This document shows, one piece after another, positions 1 to 8,905 of a stretch of DNA of 24,000 nucleotides. Made by a program: the position numbers and the translations under genes. A model generated the notes under the pieces. That model was given only the letters and a program-made list of their open reading frames with translations. It was not told where the DNA came from and searched no databases. The DNA lies in assembly GCA_015709675.1 (NCBI GenBank), contig CP054182.1, positions 637,448-661,447 on the forward strand, in the 5' to 3' direction. The first letter of the stretch is position 1. Every line of letters starts with the position of its first letter. This DNA is from Ignavibacteriales bacterium. GTDB taxonomy: Bacteria > Bacteroidota > Ignavibacteria > Ignavibacteriales > Ignavibacteriaceae.

Positions 1-1437
1 GGTTGCACCGCCGTCAGTGGTTTTTCTCAGATTGCCGCTTGCGCCCGTTATCCATCCGTTATTGCTGTCAGAAAAATAAACACCGAATATATTTGTTGTC
101 AGGCCGGTTGACTGCGGAGTCCAGGTCGCACCGCCATCGGTAGTTTTAAGAAGATTTCCGCTGTTGCCTGCAAGCCATCCTGTTGAAGTGTTAAGGAAAA
201 AGAAACTGTTCAGATGTGCAGTAACGCCGATTGGTTGCGAAGTCCAGCTTTCTCCTCCGTTTGTAGTTTTTATAAAAGTACCTGAGTCACCGGCGGCATA
301 ACCATTCTGCTGATCAAGGAACCAAAGTGCTTTAAGGTCTTTATTCACCCCGCTTGTTTTAGTTACCCATGATCCGCCGCCATCTGTGGTTTTTGCGATA
401 AGACCGCGTGTTCCGGTTGTCACCAGGGTATTCTCACCGGTTTTCCGGATGGTATATAATAAATTGGTAAAACCGCTGCTCTGATAGGTCCATGCGGCAC
501 CGCTTACACCGGAGCGTAATATCAGCCCCTCATTACCGCCGACAAAAATTACATTCATCGTTACATAACTGGCAGTCCTGGGTGCGATATCCGGAGTTCT
601 TGTGCGGAGAGTCCAGGTGCCGCCTCCGTTGATGGTGGTCATAATAAATCCGTCACCGGTAAGCGCGTAGCCGACTGCAATGCCGATCTGGTCATTAAAG
701 AATGAAATATCTTCAAGATCAATACTGACCGGTGTTGTCTGCAGGGTCCATGCAGCGCCCCCATTTGTAGTTTTATATACCCGGCCTGAAGCCCCCCCGG
801 CAAATCCTTCCAGTTCATTAAAGAAATGGAGAGTATATATAGAGCCGGTTGTCCCCGCGGAGATTGAAGTCCAGGTTGCTCCTCCGTCCGTGGTTTTACT
901 GAGCAGGGTTCCACCTCCCAGAACAGAACCGGCGATATATCCGACCTGTCCGTTCAGGAAATGAATATCACTGGGGATGTTGCTTGAGGCAAGACTTTGT
1001 GAAACCCAGCTTTCACCGCCGTCCGTGCTTTTGAAAAGTTTTCCGGAAGAACCGGTAACCCAGCCGGTATCTGCGTTTACAAACTGAATTGCAATAAAGT
1101 ACCCTGTAGCTGTTACCGGTTTAATACTCCAGGTTTCACCGCCGTCGGTGGTTTTCAGGATTTTAGCACTGTCACCGGCTGCCCACCCTACCGATTCGTT
1201 AATGAAGTGAATTGAGTAAAGAAACGCCAGAGTGCCGGACTCTTTCCTGACCCACGACTCCCCGCCATTGGTGGTTTTCAGGATTGTGCCTCCCAGCCCT
1301 GTCATAAAGCCGGTTGTACTGTTAAAAAAATGGGAACCTGTAAGTGAATTCCCCTGAGGAAGAGGATTCAGCCACTGCCAGTTATGCTGGGCAAAAGAAA
1401 AGAAAGAAAGGAGAAGAACAACGCCAATTGTTTTCAT
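1..1437 (-). CDS. Secreted YCF48/BNR-like repeat protein (photosystem II stability factor HCF136-like beta-propeller), C-terminus beyond the left window edge
   Basis: Reverse complement from ATG at 1437 reads MKTIGVVLLLSFFSFAQHNWQWLNPLPQGNSLTGSHFFNSTTGFMTGLGGTILKTTNGGESWVRKES..., with a signal peptide and many [ST]TDGG..W repeats (KTTDGGETW, KSTDGGESW, KTTDGGATW). It is missing from the supplied ORF track, probably because it has no stop inside the window. Confidence 0.85.
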   Translation of the reverse strand, partial: MKTIGVVLLLSFFSFAQHNWQWLNPLPQGNSLTGSHFFNSTTGFMTGLGGTILKTTNGGESWVRKESGTLAFLYSIHFINESVGWAAGDSAKILKTTDGGETWSIKPVTATGYFIAIQFVNADTGWVTGSSGKLFKSTDGGESWVSQSLASSNIPSDIHFLNGQVGYIAGSVLGGGTLLSKTTDGGATWTSISAGTTGSIYTLHFFNELEGFAGGASGRVYKTTNGGAAWTLQTTPVSIDLEDISFFNDQIGIAVGYALTGDGFIMTTINGGGTWTLRTRTPDIAPRTASYVTMNVIFVGGNEGLILRSGVSGAAWTYQSSGFTNLLYTIRKTGENTLVTTGTRGLIAKTTDGGGSWVTKTSGVNKDLKALWFLDQQNGYAAGDSGTFIKTTNGGESWTSQPIGVTAHLNSFFFLNTSTGWLAGNSGNLLKTTDGGATWTPQSTGLTTNIFGVYFSDSNNGWITGASGNLRKTTDGGAT

Positions 1438-1527
1438 AATTATCCTTTATAAGTGAACGAGCTTATGGATTATAACCGGATTTCCCTTCCGGTATTTTTC
1501 AAAACAAAAATAAGTAAAAATATTTGA

Positions 1528-2316
1528 TTAGTATAAATTCTCCTTAGGTACTCCTGTCAGATACATAATCCCCCGTGGACCGGGCCGTGTTACCCCTGTC
1601 TGCCAGAGAAAGTTTTCAGATCCGTCCGTTTCAGATATCATCTGTTCCATTTCTTTAATTGTGTAGGTTCTAAATACTGATACAATGCCATCCCACATAA
1701 TGGTTACAAGAAGAACAGGGAGGATATAAGTAAAAAACAAACGCCCCGCGCGGAACGGCCTGATAAAAGGTGTTACCAGAAGTGTGCTGAGCGGAGAAAG
1801 TATCATCGGCAGCAGATGAAACAGAGTCCGCTGCTGCGCTTCAAAAATTGCGATTGGTTGTTTACGGTCAACAGCATCCTGCAGAATCTTTTTTGCATCC
1901 TCATACCGGAAGTGATGAAACGAAAGAAACATGGTTCTGATACCGGTAAGATCTTCCGGGACGTTCATTGCATCAACGGGTGTTGTCACAGCTGAATATA
2001 TATCAGGGTATTGCGAAACCGTTTTTTCATTAGCGCTGCTGTTGGGGTAAAGATCGGTGAGATAAACCTTCAGATTGGGAAACTCCCTTTTCAGCCGTGC
2101 AGCCACCGGGGGAAGTCCGCCCCCGCCTCCTGAGGCAAGATCAAGTACGGTTGTTACGCCTGAGGTTCTGATAACACCGGCGAGCACATCATAACTGTCA
2201 TCGAAAAGCTTTGTCATCCGTGCCGCCTGTGAGAGGAAATCAGTCATGTAGTTCCGCAGAATCTTCGGGAACCAGGGGAGGTCTTCGAATTCGAAGAGGT
2301 GAAATCTTGGCAACAT
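1528..2316 (-). CDS. Class I SAM-dependent methyltransferase-like protein with C-terminal hydrophobic segments
   Basis: Complete ORF with motif VLDLASGGGGGLPPVAARL (SAM-binding glycine loop), followed by hydrophobic stretches. Confidence 0.6.
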   Translation of the reverse strand: MLPRFHLFEFEDLPWFPKILRNYMTDFLSQAARMTKLFDDSYDVLAGVIRTSGVTTVLDLASGGGGGLPPVAARLKREFPNLKVYLTDLYPNSSANEKTVSQYPDIYSAVTTPVDAMNVPEDLTGIRTMFLSFHHFRYEDAKKILQDAVDRKQPIAIFEAQQRTLFHLLPMILSPLSTLLVTPFIRPFRAGRLFFTYILPVLLVTIMWDGIVSVFRTYTIKEMEQMISETDGSENFLWQTGVTRPGPRGIMYLTGVPKENLY

Positions 2317-2358
2317 TATTTCAGTTAAAAGTTAAAAATTAAAAGTGAAAAGTTGCTT

Positions 2359-2715
2359 TTAATTAGAGTTTTTTGCTTTTGAGGTTTTAAGTATGGCGGT
2401 TAACATTTTTTGAATTTCCTTCAGGTCACTGTCTATAGAGCTGTATTCTTTTAATGTAATGTTATCAGTATCTTTCAGTAACCGAAGCCAATAAGATGTT
2501 TCCCTTGATTCATTATAGGTGATGGAGAGTTTGGAAATGAAATCCTTTTTGCTTTGTCCTCCCAGAGCTTCTTCAACATTAGCCCCGATAGATGTTCCCG
2601 AACGGAGAATCTGTTTTGAAAGAACGAATTCTTTCTTCTTTTCAGTTAAATATTTAAATAGTTTATAAATCCTGATGGCAAATTTGTAGCTTTTTTCCCC
2701 AACAATACCAGCCAC
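2359..2715 (-). CDS. Four-helix-bundle protein (23S rRNA intervening-sequence protein / Avd-like family)
   Basis: Typical motifs: SYKFAIRIYKLFKYLTEKKKEFVLSKQILRSGTSIGANVEEALGGQSKKDFISKLSITYNESRETSYWLRLL. GTG start, in-frame stop just upstream. Confidence 0.85.
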   Translation of the reverse strand: MAGIVGEKSYKFAIRIYKLFKYLTEKKKEFVLSKQILRSGTSIGANVEEALGGQSKKDFISKLSITYNESRETSYWLRLLKDTDNITLKEYSSIDSDLKEIQKMLTAILKTSKAKNSN

Positions 2716-2765
2716 ATCTAGTCCAGTTCTTTTTCAACTTTTAACTGTTCACTTTTACCTTTTAA

Positions 2766-3455
2766 CTATTTAACCAGCTCCACAACTATCAGTTTTTTCT
2801 CTTTAATATTCTTGATATTCGTCGGCTTATAATGCAGCTCGTAGGTGGTGATCTTCTTAATATGGGTTGAGTATTTCACCTGAGCGGTGGTAAATTCATT
2901 GGTCAGATCGCCGCCTTTGATGGCCATGATATATGCTTTCTTTTCAAAGAGGGGGAGTGCATATTTTACCAGCATGATCAGGGGTACGGTCGCACGGCTG
3001 ACAATCAGGTCAAACTTGCCGCGGTATTTCTCAATAAATTCAGGTGATTCAACGCGGGCGTTTTCAACGGTGACATTCTTCAGACGGAGCTTTTCGATGA
3101 ACTCCGCAACAGCATTCGTTTTTTTGGCAATGGAATCAACCAGTACACCCTTGAGCATCGGATTCATAATAGCCAGAGGAATTCCGGGGAATCCGCCGCC
3201 GGTGCCAAGATCAAGAAAATTTGAACATTTTTCAGGAATAAACTTGGATATATACGAAGAGATAAATACATGGTTTTCGATGATGGATTCAACATCCTTG
3301 CGGGAAATAAGATTGACCGCTTCGTTCTTCTCCACAACCAGCTCTGCAAAAAATGCAAGCCGCTCCAGCAGCGTGCTGTCGGGATTCTGCCCGTTCTCCC
3401 AGTAGAAGGAAGTAAGTTCTTTAAGGTAGGATTCCTGTGTATGGTGCTGTATCAT
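2766..3455 (-). CDS. rsmG: 16S rRNA (guanine527-N7)-methyltransferase
   Basis: Motifs NLISRKD, FLDLGTGGGFPGIPLAI, FDLIVSRATVPL; adjacent to mnmG on the same strand. Confidence 0.95.
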   Translation of the reverse strand: MIQHHTQESYLKELTSFYWENGQNPDSTLLERLAFFAELVVEKNEAVNLISRKDVESIIENHVFISSYISKFIPEKCSNFLDLGTGGGFPGIPLAIMNPMLKGVLVDSIAKKTNAVAEFIEKLRLKNVTVENARVESPEFIEKYRGKFDLIVSRATVPLIMLVKYALPLFEKKAYIMAIKGGDLTNEFTTAQVKYSTHIKKITTYELHYKPTNIKNIKEKKLIVVELVK

Positions 3456-3480
3456 GCCACGATAATCAAAAAAAATGAAA

Positions 3481-5355
3481 TTACTTTTTCAAATATACCA
3501 ATAAAACGGATATATCGGAAGGGGTTAAGCCCGATATTCGCGATGCCTGCCCGACGGATCTCGGTCTGAATTTGTTCAGCCGGTCCCTCGCCTCAAGAGA
3601 CAGATTCTTAAGTCCTGAATATTCAAAATCTGAAGGAATTCTCATATCCTCGTACTTGTCAAGCTTCTCAACATGTTCTCCCTGCCGCTTGATATAGCCC
3701 TCATATTTTATCTCAATTTCTATTTGCATCTGAATCGCAGGGTCGGTGTAGTCCTGATGCTCTCCGTTCAGATAATCCTTAGCGTGTTCAGCAATCTCAG
3801 CCAGAGTGAGTTCCGGGCGCTTGGTCAGTTTGGCTACGGTTTCGGAGTTGTCCAGAAGTCCTAGTTCTTTCTTCTCCAAAAGCGGATTAATCTGGGGGGG
3901 GGTGAGCCGCACCGAGTTATAAAAACTGATACCTTTGCGGATGATTTCCTTTTGCTCTTCAAAGTACCTGAGCTCGTCATCGGTGATGAGTCCATAACGG
4001 TGGCCGTAAGTAGAAAGTCTGAACTCAGCATTATCAGCTCTCAGCAAAAGCCGGTGTTCAGCGCGGGAGGTGAACATCCGGTAGGGCTCATCGGTGGATT
4101 TATTCACCAAATCATCAATCAGCACACCGATATATGCCTCACTGCGTTTCAGAACCATCTCTGGTTTGCCGGTTATCTTTGCTGCCGCGTTAATGCCCGC
4201 TACAAGTCCCTGGGCAGCAGCTTCTTCATATCCTGAGGTTCCGTTAATTTGTCCGGCGAAGTAGAGTCCGGAAATCTTTTTTGTCTCAAGGGTAAGATCC
4301 ACCTGATGCGGGGGAAAGAAGTCATACTCAACTGCATATCCGGGGCGGATCATAACTGCTTCCTCAAGTCCCCGTATCATGTGGATAGCTTTTAGCTGGA
4401 CCTCAGCAGGCAGAGAAGTTGAAAACCCGTTCAAGTATATCAGATCGGTATCCAGCCCTTCCGGCTCTAGGAAAAGCTGATGCCGTTCCTTGTCGGAAAA
4501 TCTTACAATCTTATCCTCAATAGACGGACAGTATCTGGGTCCCGCGCCTTTAATCAGTCCGGTGAACATTGGGGACTCCTTAAATCCGGTCTCAAGAATC
4601 TTATGCACTTCCTGGCTGGTGTAAGTCAGATGACAGGGAAGCTGAGGAAGATAGGGAAATTCATTCCGCGGGGTTCTGAAAGAAAAAGGGAGGGGAATAT
4701 CATCACCCGGATGTATCTCAAGGATTTCCCAGTTGATGCTTTTCTTATCCAGGCGGGGAGGAGTTCCGGTTTTGAGACGCCCGGTTTCAAACCCCATCCG
4801 GACGAGAGATTCCGTAATACCTGTTGCCGGCTGTTCACCGAATCTTCCGCCCGATACAGCTTTCAGGCCTGTGTGCATCAAGCCGTTCAGAAAAGTACCC
4901 GAACAAAGAATCACTGCTTTTGCCGGAAAGAATTTTCCCTCGATTGAGTTTACTCCTGTTACAATACCATTTTCCTGATTTATTGCTGTGATGTTTTCCT
5001 GGAGGATAGTGAGGTTTGGTTCGTTTTCAACGATTTTCAGGGCCTCGAGTGAGTAGAGAGTTCTGTCGTTCTGAGAGCGGGGAGACCAGACAGCGGGGCC
5101 CTTAGAGCGGTTTAGGGTACGGAACTGAATACCTGAGCGGTCTGCGATCTGCCCCATCACTCCTCCGAGAGCATCAATTTCCCTCACCAGATGACCCTTT
5201 GCGGTACCTCCTATCGCCGGATTGCATGACATCCGACCAATTCCGTTTTTTTCCATCGTAACTAAAGCAACGGAGACCCCCATCCTGGCAACTGAAACCG
5301 CTGCTTCAATCCCGGCATGTCCGCCGCCAATAACTATAACATCGAAACTAAGCAA
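3481..5355 (-). CDS. mnmG: tRNA uridine-5-carboxymethylaminomethyl modification enzyme MnmG (GidA)
   Basis: [58 protein letters not shown]-type motifs, full length 624 aa. Apparent TTG start; the in-frame stop upstream lies inside the first parS-like palindrome. Confidence 0.97.
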   Translation of the reverse strand: MLSFDVIVIGGGHAGIEAAVSVARMGVSVALVTMEKNGIGRMSCNPAIGGTAKGHLVREIDALGGVMGQIADRSGIQFRTLNRSKGPAVWSPRSQNDRTLYSLEALKIVENEPNLTILQENITAINQENGIVTGVNSIEGKFFPAKAVILCSGTFLNGLMHTGLKAVSGGRFGEQPATGITESLVRMGFETGRLKTGTPPRLDKKSINWEILEIHPGDDIPLPFSFRTPRNEFPYLPQLPCHLTYTSQEVHKILETGFKESPMFTGLIKGAGPRYCPSIEDKIVRFSDKERHQLFLEPEGLDTDLIYLNGFSTSLPAEVQLKAIHMIRGLEEAVMIRPGYAVEYDFFPPHQVDLTLETKKISGLYFAGQINGTSGYEEAAAQGLVAGINAAAKITGKPEMVLKRSEAYIGVLIDDLVNKSTDEPYRMFTSRAEHRLLLRADNAEFRLSTYGHRYGLITDDELRYFEEQKEIIRKGISFYNSVRLTPPQINPLLEKKELGLLDNSETVAKLTKRPELTLAEIAEHAKDYLNGEHQDYTDPAIQMQIEIEIKYEGYIKRQGEHVEKLDKYEDMRIPSDFEYSGLKNLSLEARDRLNKFRPRSVGQASRISGLTPSDISVLLVYLKK

Positions 5356-5370
5356 AAATCCTCGTATCTC

Positions 5371-5384
5371 GTTTCACGTGAAAC
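5371..5384. promoter_or_regulatory. parS-like ParB binding site (copy 1)
   Basis: Perfect 14-bp palindrome GTTTCACGTGAAAC, the core of the bacterial parS consensus TGTTTCACGTGAAACA, 16 bp upstream of the mnmG start. Confidence 0.85.
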
Positions 5385-5474
5385 GGGTAAAATCAATTAA
5401 AAAATGCAGTGCAAAAATAACCTTATTTTGTCCGGAATTCAACCGGGCGAAATGTCCTGCGTGGTGCAGGGAAT

Positions 5475-5488
5475 GTTTCACGTGAAAC
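5475..5488. promoter_or_regulatory. parS-like ParB binding site (copy 2)
   Basis: Same perfect core GTTTCACGTGAAAC in context TGTTTCACGTGAAACG (15/16 match to the consensus), 104 bp from copy 1. Confidence 0.88.
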
Positions 5489-5514
5489 GGAGTTCTTCTC
5501 TGGCGTGTTGGAGC

Positions 5515-5860
5515 GGAGACCGGAGCGCACTGGAGTTGGTCCCCGAGCGAAGTCGAGGGGTAGTCCGGATTGCAGAAGAGCTGGTCCCCGAAATGGTCTC
5601 CTCGACTCCGCTCGGAGACCGGAGCGCACTGGAGTTGGTCCCCGAGCGTAGTCGAGGGGTAGTCCGGATTACAGAAGAGCTGGTCCCAGAACTGGTCTCC
5701 TCGACTCCGCTCGGAGACCGGAGCGCACTGGAGTTGGTCCCCGAGCGTAGTCGAGGGGGAGGGGTAGCCGAGGGGGAGTCCGTATTACAGAAGAGCTGAT
5801 CCCCGAACTGGTCTCCTCGACTCCGCTCGGAGACCAGAGTAGAAGCCAGCCCCCGAGCTG
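5515..5860. repeat. 99-bp tandem repeat array (about 3 copies, third about 116 bp, plus partial fourth) built from two hairpin modules
   Basis: Unit begins GGAGACCGGAGCGCACTGGAGTTGGTCCCCGAGCG(A/T)AGTCGAGGGGTAGTCCG... at 5515, 5614 and 5713, with a partial restart at 5829. Each unit ends in GGTCTCC-TCGACTCCGCTC-GGAGACC. Confidence 0.9.
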
Positions 5861-6014
5861 CTCCCCGCTCCGACGTGTCGGAGGAGGGGTAGCCGAGGGG
5901 AAGCGACCGCTGATACTCAACAAATAATCACTGAATTCTGTCACATAAAATCATAATATGATACTATCCACTATATTCGCATCATATTTTATCAACATCA
6001 CCGGAAGCTATCAT

Positions 6015-6476
6015 ATGAAGTCACTTTTTTCTTTGCTGTTTGCTCTTTGCATCATTGTGCCGCTGAGTGCTCAGAGGCCAAATCCAGACTACGATTCCAC
6101 CCTGGCTAAAAAGCTCGGGGCTGATGACATCGGAATGAAGGGATACACTCTCGTGATTCTTAAAACAGGTACAAATACCAATACGGACAAAGCATTCACT
6201 GACAGCTGCTTTAAGAGTCATTTCAGCAATATGCGGGAGATGACCAAAATGGGTAAACTTGTGGTGGCGGGCCCTCTTGGAAAAAATGATAATACCTACA
6301 GGGGAATTTTCATTATGAACACCACAGATTTTGATGAGGTGCATCAGCTTCTGCAGGGAGATCTTACGGTTAAGGAAAAGATATTTGATGTAGAGTTATA
6401 CAAATGGTACGGCTCGGCCGCACTGCCATTGTATCTGGATTCAACGGAAAAAATAAGCAAAAAGCTGTTTGATTAG
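6015..6476 (+). CDS. Secreted YciI-like (YCII-related domain) protein
   Basis: Preferred start MKSLFSLLFALCIIVPLSAQ (signal peptide) within ORF 5958..6476. FTDSCFKSHFSNMREMTKMGKLVVAGPLGKNDNTYRGIFIMNTTDFDEVHQLLQGD resembles the YCII-related family. Confidence 0.75.
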   Translation: MKSLFSLLFALCIIVPLSAQRPNPDYDSTLAKKLGADDIGMKGYTLVILKTGTNTNTDKAFTDSCFKSHFSNMREMTKMGKLVVAGPLGKNDNTYRGIFIMNTTDFDEVHQLLQGDLTVKEKIFDVELYKWYGSAALPLYLDSTEKISKKLFD

Positions 6477-6552
6477 GTCTCCTCGACTCCGCACGGAGAC
6501 CGGAGTAGATTCGGTCCCCGAGCCGGACCCCGAGCGTAGTCGAGGGGGTGTG
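6476..6552. repeat. Isolated copy of the GGTCTCC/CCCCGAGCG hairpin repeat family
   Basis: GGTCTCCTCGACTCCGCACGGAGACC followed by CCCCGAGCGTAGTCGAGGGG. Confidence 0.85.
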
Positions 6553-6613
6553 ATATTTTCTACTGTGAAAATTAACTGCCGATAATTAAGTTTCAGATAA
6601 AAAAGAGAGCTAT

Positions 6614-6952
6614 ATGCCCAAGGGATATATGTATATACTCCGGTGTGCAGACGGAACGTATTACACCGGAAGCACAACCGATTTGGAGCTGAGATTACTT
6701 CAGCATCAGCAGGGTGAAGGCGCGAATTACACCAGAAAAAACCTGCCGGTAGAACTTGTATATTATGAAGAGTATGAACGGATAGACGAAGCTTTCGTAA
6801 GGGAAAAACAGGTTCAGCGCTGGTCACAGAAAAAGAAAGAAGCGCTGATGAATTCGGATATCGAATCAGTAAAAAAGCTTTCTGAGTGTCATAACAAGAC
6901 ACATTATCGGTATTATAAAAATGGTGATGACGGTAAGGAGAAAGAGCAATAG
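6614..6952 (+). CDS. GIY-YIG nuclease superfamily protein (UPF0213/YhbQ-like)
   Basis: MYILRCADGTYYTGSTTDLELRLLQHQQGEGANYTRKNLPVELVYYEEYERIDEAFVREKQVQRWSQKKKEALM. Confidence 0.93.
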   Translation: MPKGYMYILRCADGTYYTGSTTDLELRLLQHQQGEGANYTRKNLPVELVYYEEYERIDEAFVREKQVQRWSQKKKEALMNSDIESVKKLSECHNKTHYRYYKNGDDGKEKEQ

Positions 6953-6959
6953 TTACAAC

Positions 6960-7213
6960 GGTCTCCTCGACTCCGCTCGGAGGCCACAAAAGAGTCGGTC
7001 CCCGAGCGTAGTCGAGGGGTAGCCGAGGTGAGAAGTAATAGTTCCCCCCTCCGACAAGTCGGAGCGGAGACCGGAGTAGAACTGGTTCCCGAGATGGTCT
7101 CCTCGACTCCGCTCGGAGACCACAAAAGAGTCGGTCCCCGAGCTGTTCCCCGATCCGGTCCCCGAGCTGTTCCCCGATCCGGTCCCCGAGCGGAGTCGAG
7201 GGGTAGTCGAGGG
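6960..7213. repeat. Cluster of the same intergenic hairpin repeats
   Basis: Several copies: GGTCTCCTCGACTCCGCTCGGAG(A/G)CC at about 6960 and 7096, CCCCGAGCGTAGTCGAGGGG at about 7000, and CCCCGAGCTGTTCCCCGATCCGGT tandem units at about 7137-7190. Confidence 0.85.
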
Positions 7214-7431
7214 GAAATCGAAAAAGAACTTACAGCAAAGGAATTTATTTAACTTCCGTATTTTTCAAAACTTAATATATATTAAAACCAGGCACATTTC
7301 TCTCAGCCAACAGCCCCGCATAAGGGAGTGATGTTTATTTCCTTTTTGTTATCTTGCATATAAGGGTACCGGTCAGACGGTACATTCCTTCGTGTTCAAA
7401 TTATTTAACTATCAAATATTTCAGAGGGCAG

Positions 7432-8334
7432 ATGAAACGTTACGTACTCGTTTTTTTTCTTTTGGCAGCCGTATCAGTTAAGCCGCAGACGGTTGATACT
7501 TTTTTCTATGGTGACACCCGCGCCGTGCTTCCGAATCCATACGGAGCAGGTTATATAGCTGGCACCAATGCTTACCTTGATATCGGCAAATATCAGCGCA
7601 TTGATGTATATGCTGAAGCACTCATCCGCGGGACGGTTATCCACATGGGTTTTAAACAGATTGTAGATACTCCTGATACTATTTATATTGTATTCAGGGA
7701 AATGGCCGCGGACAGCTCTCCCGGCACTTTGCTCGCCTCAATCACCACTACGCTTGATCAGTTTGATACTACAAACGGACTTTCCTTCATGCTTCCTAAT
7801 CCGCTGCCGATGCCGGGCGGTCCTTTTGTTCCGGTGCATTTTTACATCGGGCTTGAGTGGGATGTTGCGGTAAATGATACCTTCGCTCTTGCAACAGACG
7901 TGCAGGGGGAGGGAGAATACCAGAACCGCGCATGGGAGAAATTCTCCGATGGCACCTATCAGCGGTTTAATCAGGACAGTGACTTCAGCTGGCGCCTGAA
8001 CGCCGATATCTGGATCGGAGCTTTATATACGGAAGGTCTGACCAGCACTGAAGATGCAGAAGCATCTCCCTCAGTATATATACTGCGGCAGAATTACCCC
8101 AACCCGTTCAACCCGTCAACAAGGATCGGATTTACCTTGCCGGAGAGCGGTGAAGTTTCGCTTAGAGTATATGATCTGCTCGGTAATACAATTGCGGTAC
8201 TGGCAGAAGGATTCCGCGAAGCAGGCTCTCATTCCGTAAAGTTTGACGCAAAGGATTTAAGCGGAGGTGTGTATTTCTATGAACTGAATGCAGGCAGCTT
8301 CCGTGATGTGAAGAAACTTACTCTCATCAAATAA
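7432..8334 (+). CDS. Secreted protein with C-terminal type IX secretion system (T9SS) type A sorting domain
   Basis: Preferred start MKRYVLVFFLLAAVSVKPQ (signal peptide). C-terminus SPSVYILRQNYPNPFNPSTRIGFTLPESGEVSLRVYDLLGNTIAVLAEGFREAGSHSVKFDAKDLSGGVYFYELNAG...KKLTLIK. Confidence 0.92.
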   Translation: MKRYVLVFFLLAAVSVKPQTVDTFFYGDTRAVLPNPYGAGYIAGTNAYLDIGKYQRIDVYAEALIRGTVIHMGFKQIVDTPDTIYIVFREMAADSSPGTLLASITTTLDQFDTTNGLSFMLPNPLPMPGGPFVPVHFYIGLEWDVAVNDTFALATDVQGEGEYQNRAWEKFSDGTYQRFNQDSDFSWRLNADIWIGALYTEGLTSTEDAEASPSVYILRQNYPNPFNPSTRIGFTLPESGEVSLRVYDLLGNTIAVLAEGFREAGSHSVKFDAKDLSGGVYFYELNAGSFRDVKKLTLIK

Positions 8335-8444
8335 TCACGCATAAAGGAGATTAACCGGATTTTGATTTGAGGGTTTAACGGAGATCCGGCAATGGTCATA
8401 ATTCGGTGAATCGAAATATGCAGGAGAGAGTAATTATTATTTGG

Positions 8445-8480
8445 CGGCAATCTTTGTTAAAAAGGTTGCCGTTTTTGTTT
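8445..8480 (+). terminator. Putative Rho-independent terminator
   Basis: CGGCAA-t-CTTT / AAAG-g-TTGCCG stem followed by TTTTTGTTTT, about 110 bp downstream of the T9SS-domain gene. Confidence 0.6.
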
Positions 8481-8489
8481 TGTAATGCC

Positions 8490-8840
8490 CTCCCCCTCGA
8501 CTTCGCTCGGGGACCAGCTCGGGGGCCGGTATCAGGTACCAACTCGGGTTGTCACTCCGGTCTCCGTTCCGACTGGTCGGAAGAGGAGACCAGTCACGGC
8601 TTCCCCCTCGACTTCGCTCGGGGAATGGTATCGGGGATTGGATCGGATTCCACTCCCCTCGACTACGCTCGGGGACCAGCCTCAAACACGCTCGGGGACC
8701 GGCTCGGAGACCGGAGACTGACCAAAGGAATGAGTTTTCAAAACCCGGTGTCCGAGCGGAGCCGAGGACACCGGTATTCGGGGATCGACCACGGCTCTGC
8801 TCGGAGACCGTCCTATCTGTTCATCTGACCGAGGATAAAT
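8490..8840. repeat. Third cluster of CCCC-TCGACTNCGCTC-GGGG type hairpin repeats
   Basis: CCCCTCGACTTCGCTCGGGGA at about 8492 and 8612, CCCCTCGACTACGCTCGGGGACC at about 8656, and degenerate copies to about 8840. Spurious overlapping ORFs on both strands. Confidence 0.85.
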
Positions 8841-8905
8841 CAGGGTATAAGCACTCGTGCGTAAAAAACGAATTCATAACTCATACTTCAAAATTCATAA
8901 TTCAC

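Noticed and set aside
2359-2715. Avd-like four-helix-bundle gene as evidence of a diversity-generating retroelement
   Set aside because: No reverse transcriptase and no template/variable repeat pair in the window; this family also occurs as stand-alone or 23S IVS proteins.
2887-3569. Antisense ORFs over rsmG/mnmG (2887..3405, 3270..3569)
   Set aside because: Opposite-strand frames of strongly supported rsmG and mnmG; no family-like motifs.
5515-5860. Regular array resembling CRISPR
   Set aside because: The 99-bp units are near-identical along their whole length with no unique spacers, and no cas genes are visible.
5404-5944. ORFs 5404..5799(+), 5423..5629(-), 5669..5944(-) rich in RSALELVPERSRG / PLPLDYARG
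   Set aside because: They are translations of the hairpin repeats, open on both strands because of the palindromic composition.
6441-7252. ORFs 6441..6989(-), 6913..7125(-), 7028..7252(+)
   Set aside because: Antisense to the GIY-YIG gene or composed of repeat translations.
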